This document shows positions 5,060-10,148 of a stretch of 10,148 nt of DNA, piece after piece. The position numbers and the translations under genes are program-made. The DNA is from Chthonomonadales bacterium (GTDB taxonomy: Bacteria > Armatimonadota > Chthonomonadetes > Chthonomonadales > Chthonomonadaceae). The stretch spans positions 1 through 10,148 of the forward strand of contig JBBQPO010000231.1 of assembly GCA_038217285.1 (NCBI GenBank), written 5' to 3'. How positions within the stretch are numbered: position 1 is the first letter of the stretch; each line of letters starts with the position of its first letter. The notes beneath the pieces are model-generated. The model did not search any database. It had not been told where the DNA came from and was given only the letters and a program-made list of their open reading frames with translations.

Positions 5060-8000
5060 TCAGTTCTCGTCCCGTTCGATGTCCTGCTTCTGGCGGGCGC
5101 GGAGTTTGGCGGCCATCAGGCGCGACATTCCGGCCTCTTCCGGCGCGGGTTCCGCAGCGCGAGGCGAGGGAGCGGGCTCCGCACTTGGTATAGGTGGCGG
5201 AGCCTCTATACCTTCGGGCCGCAGAGTTCGGGATGTGGCGGAGGACATGGGCGTAGCGTTGGGCCGGGGGTTGCTGAGCGTAGATGGGCGCTCCGGCACC
5301 GCCACGCCCGAAGCGAGCGGCATCCGTGGGGAGGCGTAGCCATTGGCCGCAGCGGTGGCCAGCTCCTCTTCGCGTTCAGCGACGACCGCGCCTTTGCGAT
5401 CCAGCAGGCGGCCAAGCTCGGGGGTAGCGCCGCGTTGCGGCGTCGCTTTGACGGCGCGGGCGCGCAGCCAGGCCCAGGCGCGCCGCGCATCGCTGATATC
5501 GACCGCCAGACGCCGCACAGCGATGTCGAAGGGCAGAAGCAGCATCGCGAGAAGCAGGAACAGCGGAATCATGTCGGCGGCCGAGTAGACGGCCGGACGC
5601 TCACCGCCGAAGATGGAGCCTGAGGTAGGCTCGGTGCGTCCGCCTCCCACCGACGCCAATTGGGTCATCAGGTAACGGTTCGACTGCGTGTCTTTGTACT
5701 CCGGTGAGTAGGCCGTCGAGAGCCCGACGACGGTCGAGGTGTTGGGACTGGCGTCGGTCTTCTTCTGGGTGACGTTGACGAGGTAGGTGCCGATACGCGG
5801 CGCATCGAACCAGCCTTCATAGTGACCCGGCCCTGTCTGGTGCAGACCCTGCTCCAGCGCAGGCGGGGCTTTCAGGCCGCCATTGTTCGGCTGCGCGATA
5901 TGAGCGCTGAAATCGAGTTTGTTGACGAAGTGGCCCTTCGGGTCGATCGCATCGACGCTGATATGCCCGCGTCCGCCGTCCATCACCACCTGCGTATTGT
6001 AGTCGCCGGGCGCGAAGGGCCGCAGTGTCCAGCGGACCGCCTGCGCCCAGAACTTCGAGTAGCCGGACCAGTTGATCCACGGCGCGGCCCATTTCGCGCG
6101 GTCGTCCGACATAAAGGCCACCGCGCGCCCCAGCCCATAGCGCCATCCGGCGAAGATCGGGTCTTTGCGATGGGAGATGAGGGAGAGTTCGGCGGTCGGC
6201 TTGAGGTTGCTGATATTATAGCCGAGCAGAGGCGGCGCGGAGCCCCAGTCGATCCCCTTGAACACCTCGTCGCCGTCGATGGGAACCGGCTGAAAGGGCT
6301 CCTCGATGATCGGCGGCTGACTGATCGTCTGTTGATCTTTCAGGAGAAGGCGCGGCAGATCCTGCGGTTTGTCGGCGACGTAAGACTGCCCACCGGCGAC
6401 ATAAGCCATCGTCGCCATGAACTTGATGCTCTCCTTGTTGTCGGCGCCGGTAATGATCGTGGAGACCGTGATCCCCATGTCGTGAATCTTCTTCATGTTC
6501 GCCGCGACCGCCCCCTGGTTGGCCTCATAGATCGCGTCACCATCGCCTAAAAAGATGATATGCTTGACTTTGGCATCGGTGTTGTTCAGCACACGGGCCG
6601 CTTCCAGCAGAAAGGGATCGTAGCTCGGCGGGTCGCCCATCCCGGAGAGAGTGTCCATCGCGCTCTTGATCGACTCGCGATCCTCGACATGCTGCATCGG
6701 TATACGCCAGGTGCCGCTGGGCGAGCTCCCGCCCCCCCCAAATCCCAGTCCGCCGTATCCCGCGCAGTCCAGTACTCCGACCTGATCGATCGGCTCAAGG
6801 TTGTCGATGGTGGCCTTGGCCGCCTCTTTGGACATATTGACGGTCGTCGGGATTTCGAGGTCTTCGATCACGAGCGCGACCGCGACGGAGGGAATCCGCT
6901 TCTGCTTTTTCACATCCATCGTGACCGGGAGCGTCTCTTCGATGGGCGTACCGCGATAGTAGCCCGCGCCGAAGCTCTGCGGTCCACCAACCATGCCGAA
7001 CCCGATGCCGAAATCGCGGCAGGAGACCTGCAGGGCCAGCATCTGGTTCTGCGAAAGGTCGCTTCCCAGGACGTTGCTGAGGAAGATACTGTCGTAGCGC
7101 TGTAGATCGGCGGCATTGGCGGGCAGAGCCGAGGGCGGAGCGTACTCCACATCGATGCTCTGGTCTTTGAGGGCGGCGCGCAGAAAGCCTGTCAGCGCAG
7201 GGCTGTCGGCGACATAGAGAACGGTCGGCTTGCCGCGCACCCAGACGAAGCCTTCGCCTTTGTTGTTCTCCGGAATGGTATCGTCCGGGGCATCGAGGGT
7301 GGCGTTGTAGCGGAAGAAGCCGACCTTATCGATGCTCTGTTCGAAGACGACGACGTTCTTGCCCGGATGAAGCTCGACGCGCCGGGTTTCGCCGGTCGGT
7401 TCGCCGTCCTTGGTGAGCGCGACGGTGGCGGTCTGCATGGTCAGGCTGTTGACGACCACACGGATCGGGAAGGGCTCGCCGATCTTGACGCGGCTTGGCA
7501 GCGCCATCTTCTCGATCAACGTCTCTTTTTTGAGCGTGACCGGCAGCGTAATGGTGTCGAGAACGATGTGGCCGGCGGCCATGTTCGGCACTTCCGACAG
7601 GGCATGTCCGGCGTTCTCATTGCCGTCGGAGAGCAGAACGATACGCTTTCCGGAGTCTTTCGCCGCCGAGTCGAGCTCGTTCTTCGCGGCTCGAAGGGCC
7701 TGCGCGATGTCGGTCGCCGTGGTCATGCCAGGGTCGCGCAGACGCGCGGGGTCGAGCGGCTGACCGGGAGAGGACTGGGTATGCGGATCCTGAGCGAAGG
7801 TGATGACACCGACCTTGTCCACCGTCCGCATGCCCTTCGAGGCTTCCGCAATATACTTCTCGATGGCGATCCGTTGGTCTTCACGAATGCTCTTGGAGGC
7901 ATCGACCACGAAGACGACCGCCAACGACTCGCCGCGCTTGACGATCTTCGTGCCAGCCAACACAAGGACGAGCAGTGTCACCAGAATGGCGCGCAGGGTC

Positions 8001-8122
8001 AGCGCCAGGCGCTTGCGACCCAGGCTCATATCGGTCACGGTATGACGATGCAGCCACCAGCAGAAAAAGAGCAGTGGCGGCAGAAGCAGAAGCGCGATGG
8101 GATAGGTGAACTGGATAGGCAA
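5060..8122 (-). CDS. Membrane-anchored VWA domain-containing protein with a GATase1-like (DUF1355-type) domain, 1020 aa
   Basis: TTG start at 8122 with AGAGG 7 nt upstream. N-terminal BatA-like TM segments (FTYPIALLLLPPLL...LRAILVTLLVLVLAG). vWA-1 has an intact MIDAS: VVDASKS (7889-7903), TATDIAQAL and IVLLSDGNEN. An Ig-like region ends DTIPENN. GATase1-like YDSIFLSNV...GFGMVGGPQSFGAGYYRGTPIEETLPV. Second vWA (HIIFLGDG, GITVSTI). DPIFAGWRYGLGRAVAFMSD...W..FWAQAVRW. C-terminal TM (LFLLLAMLLLPFDIAVRR) and a Pro/Ala-rich tail. Confidence 0.9.
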   Translation of the reverse strand: MPIQFTYPIALLLLPPLLFFCWWLHRHTVTDMSLGRKRLALTLRAILVTLLVLVLAGTKIVKRGESLAVVFVVDASKSIREDQRIAIEKYIAEASKGMRTVDKVGVITFAQDPHTQSSPGQPLDPARLRDPGMTTATDIAQALRAAKNELDSAAKDSGKRIVLLSDGNENAGHALSEVPNMAAGHIVLDTITLPVTLKKETLIEKMALPSRVKIGEPFPIRVVVNSLTMQTATVALTKDGEPTGETRRVELHPGKNVVVFEQSIDKVGFFRYNATLDAPDDTIPENNKGEGFVWVRGKPTVLYVADSPALTGFLRAALKDQSIDVEYAPPSALPANAADLQRYDSIFLSNVLGSDLSQNQMLALQVSCRDFGIGFGMVGGPQSFGAGYYRGTPIEETLPVTMDVKKQKRIPSVAVALVIEDLEIPTTVNMSKEAAKATIDNLEPIDQVGVLDCAGYGGLGFGGGGSSPSGTWRIPMQHVEDRESIKSAMDTLSGMGDPPSYDPFLLEAARVLNNTDAKVKHIIFLGDGDAIYEANQGAVAANMKKIHDMGITVSTIITGADNKESIKFMATMAYVAGGQSYVADKPQDLPRLLLKDQQTISQPPIIEEPFQPVPIDGDEVFKGIDWGSAPPLLGYNISNLKPTAELSLISHRKDPIFAGWRYGLGRAVAFMSDDRAKWAAPWINWSGYSKFWAQAVRWTLRPFAPGDYNTQVVMDGGRGHISVDAIDPKGHFVNKLDFSAHIAQPNNGGLKAPPALEQGLHQTGPGHYEGWFDAPRIGTYLVNVTQKKTDASPNTSTVVGLSTAYSPEYKDTQSNRYLMTQLASVGGGRTEPTSGSIFGGERPAVYSAADMIPLFLLLAMLLLPFDIAVRRLAVDISDARRAWAWLRARAVKATPQRGATPELGRLLDRKGAVVAEREEELATAAANGYASPRMPLASGVAVPERPSTLSNPRPNATPMSSATSRTLRPEGIEAPPPIPSAEPAPSPRAAEPAPEEAGMSRLMAAKLRARQKQDIERDEN

Positions 8123-8318
8123 GATACGGCCTCTTCTGAGCGAGACACGGGGAGATGGGCGTTATTGTCTGATACGGACTCGGCCTCACCGCAAGTTAGC
8201 GCCGCCTCACAGAGTTGGACGCAAGACTCTGCCGTCTGGCTTCACCTATTCGACTCGCCCCGCCGGTTTCCCTGCGGCAAAAGTAAAATATCACGGCCAC
8301 TCCGTTCACTTCCGCGCC

Positions 8319-10148
8319 CTAATTCTCGCGTTTGGAGGCGGCGAAGGCCAGGTCTTTCGAGCGCATGCGCCGCACCCCTGCCACCGCCAGTACCATCCCC
8401 AGCAGAGTCAATAGCAGAGCGACCACAGTGCAGAGCAGCCACAGTCCCAGGCCATTGAGGCCCAGGGAGCCGTTGATCAGAGAGACAATATTCACGAGAT
8501 AGCGGCCCAGATGAATCGCCCCCTGCACGAATACCTGAAACAGCACGGCCCAGAGGCAACCTGCGTACTGCATCGGAATTTTAGGGAAGAGGCTCGCGAT
8601 AGCGATTGTCAGCGATCCCAGGGTCAGGACGAGCATCAGCGTGGTGAGCATCATTCCGGCCCAGACCTCCAGCGCGACTGGCCCGAGACTCGGCAGATTC
8701 AGCAGGCTCAGGATCAGTGTCCACCCGCCGAGGCTGAGGAGAAAAACACCTCCTGGTATGAGCATGCCCGCCATTTTACCGAGGACAATGGAGAGGGCCG
8801 ACATCGGGGTCAGCAGCAGAAAGCCGAGCGTGGACTTATCGCGCTCCACCATGAACGCCGGGAACGTCGTGAACCCCGCGACCAGGGCACGAAACAGCAT
8901 CACCATATAGAAGCAGCAGAGAATGGCGCCGCCGATCGTCTGCTGTCCGAAGAGAGCCTTCGCCAACAGTCCACCGAACATCTCCGGGATCGCCGGCAGT
9001 CCCTGATAGAACGTCACCGTCACCGCAATCAAAATGAACAGCATGGCGCGTACCGCACCGATCTCCAGTTTGCCGCGCAGCCGTACCCGCAGCTCTTTGA
9101 CCATGACCGCATTGTCCCACGGGCGCTGCAGAGCGGCGATCAGGCGCAGCGCCAGAGGTGTATCGGACTGTTTGGGTTTTTCACCTTTCAGCGTGAGCGG
9201 CGGGTCGGAGAATGTCTCCTCCCCCACCCGCGTCGGGTCGAGCACCACCGGGACAACGTTTTCCGGCAACGCGGCCGCGAGTCGTATACGCATCGCTATG
9301 GCTGTCAGGGTCAGGATCAGCCCGAGGGAGCCGCACTCCAGCGGCCATCGCCACCAGGCCAGATGCGGCTCGAACAGCATCGTGACCTGGTTCCACGGCG
9401 CCTGGCTGAGATAGAGCAGGCCGAGCGTGGGACTGAAATACTCCAGTGGCTGCATCACCATCACATGGTACCCGCTGAGAAGCACGACCCAGGAGATACT
9501 CAACACCATACCCAGTATAATAGCGAACGCGCCCCCCAGTCGGCTGGCCCCGTAGGCGAGCAGCATTCCGGCCGTCCCAATCGCCAGCATCCGCCCGACC
9601 AGCGTCAGGAGGACCGGCATAAAGGGATTGACGCGAGCCGTCAGCGCACAGGCCATAAGATAGAGGACGAAGAAGACGAACGGCTCCGCCAGATGGCGCG
9701 CGGCCGCGCGTACACTTACCGACCGCACCGCCAGTCGGGCCGCCCGAACGCCGCGCTGCCAGCCTCCGATCTGATGGGCCCGGTAGAGACCGCGCCAGAT
9801 AGTTACAAAGGTGAGCAGGTAGACGAAACCTATCAGGCCAGCCGTGTTATTGAGTTTGCCGCTCGCATGAACGAGAAACCCGAGTCCACCGTCTCGTACC
9901 GCCCAGATCCAGAGGTAGCCGGTTACGACGAAGATCTGCGCGATGCGAACCGCTCCCTCCATCAGACGACGGCGAAGATAGGTCGGCTGGCGGGCCAGAT
10001 CACGAAACGTGCCGACGCTCAAAAACTCGCTCGTGCGCACAAGCTGCAGATAGCGGGCGAGGATAAAGAAGACAATCGCGAACGGCAGCGGCGGGACGTG
10101 CCACCCGAACCAGTCGAGCGGGGCGATGAGGCCGCGTGCGATCAGCAG
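8319..10148 (-). CDS. ABC-2-type (NosY/GldF-like) transporter permease, unusually long, 5'-truncated by the window edge
   Basis: The frame is open from 10148 (LLIARGLIAPLDWFGWHVPPLPFAIVFFILARYLQLV...), so GTG10040 is probably internal. Many TM segments. Permease signatures NAVMVKELRVRLRGK (9069-9113) and ERDKSTLGFLLLTPMSALSIVLGK (8775-8846). Stop TAG at 8319-8321. Confidence 0.8.
   Translation of the reverse strand: MLIARGLIAPLDWFGWHVPPLPFAIVFFILARYLQLVRTSEFLSVGTFRDLARQPTYLRRRLMEGAVRIAQIFVVTGYLWIWAVRDGGLGFLVHASGKLNNTAGLIGFVYLLTFVTIWRGLYRAHQIGGWQRGVRAARLAVRSVSVRAAARHLAEPFVFFVLYLMACALTARVNPFMPVLLTLVGRMLAIGTAGMLLAYGASRLGGAFAIILGMVLSISWVVLLSGYHVMVMQPLEYFSPTLGLLYLSQAPWNQVTMLFEPHLAWWRWPLECGSLGLILTLTAIAMRIRLAAALPENVVPVVLDPTRVGEETFSDPPLTLKGEKPKQSDTPLALRLIAALQRPWDNAVMVKELRVRLRGKLEIGAVRAMLFILIAVTVTFYQGLPAIPEMFGGLLAKALFGQQTIGGAILCCFYMVMLFRALVAGFTTFPAFMVERDKSTLGFLLLTPMSALSIVLGKMAGMLIPGGVFLLSLGGWTLILSLLNLPSLGPVALEVWAGMMLTTLMLVLTLGSLTIAIASLFPKIPMQYAGCLWAVLFQVFVQGAIHLGRYLVNIVSLINGSLGLNGLGLWLLCTVVALLLTLLGMVLAVAGVRRMRSKDLAFAASKREN

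Noticed and set aside
6732-6739. C8 (G8 on the coding strand) homopolymer as a phase-variation tract
   Set aside because: It is short, in frame and explained by consecutive Gly codons in a GC-rich gene. Read-level length variation would be needed.
8200-8240. GGACGCAAG resembling part of a c-di-GMP-I riboswitch
   Set aside because: It is on the strand opposite the downstream gene and lacks the preceding GCAAAC/GAAA P2 arrangement.
7367-8458. Long antisense or alternative-frame ORFs (7367..8458, 5822..6550, 6560..7105, 2674..3519, 1834..2562, 3837..4406 and others)
   Set aside because: They are shadow ORFs expected opposite GC-rich genes with biased codon usage. They have no recognisable motifs and overlap better-supported CDSs.

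Overview
GC-rich bacterial window with five protein-coding genes and no rRNA, tRNA, CRISPR array or transposase. In order: (1) the 3' part of a large predicted outer-membrane beta-barrel protein gene (+, <1-1675); (2) a convergent gene for an uncharacterised ~612-aa protein with N-terminal beta-propeller repeats and an acidic-motif C-terminal domain that may be an enzyme (-, 1672-3510); (3) a divergent RpoD-like sigma-70 factor lacking region 1.1 (+, 3750-4652); (4) a 1020-aa membrane-anchored vWA / GATase1-like / vWA protein (-, 5060-8122); (5) the 3' part of an oversized ABC-2-type permease gene (-, 8319->10148). The most interesting signals are non-coding. The sigma-vWA intergenic region (4653-5059) is almost entirely a ~190-bp tandem duplication. 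Each unit is itself an inverted pair of double hairpins with TAAA/TTTA loops and compensatory base changes, resembling REP/REPIN or HUH-transposase substrates. The divergent promoter region holds a perfect CRP-family box (TGTGA-N6-TCACA, 3586-3601) and an 11-bp-phased 9-mer direct repeat (3703-3722). All product calls come from motifs recognised by eye, with no database searches, so novelty is not established.
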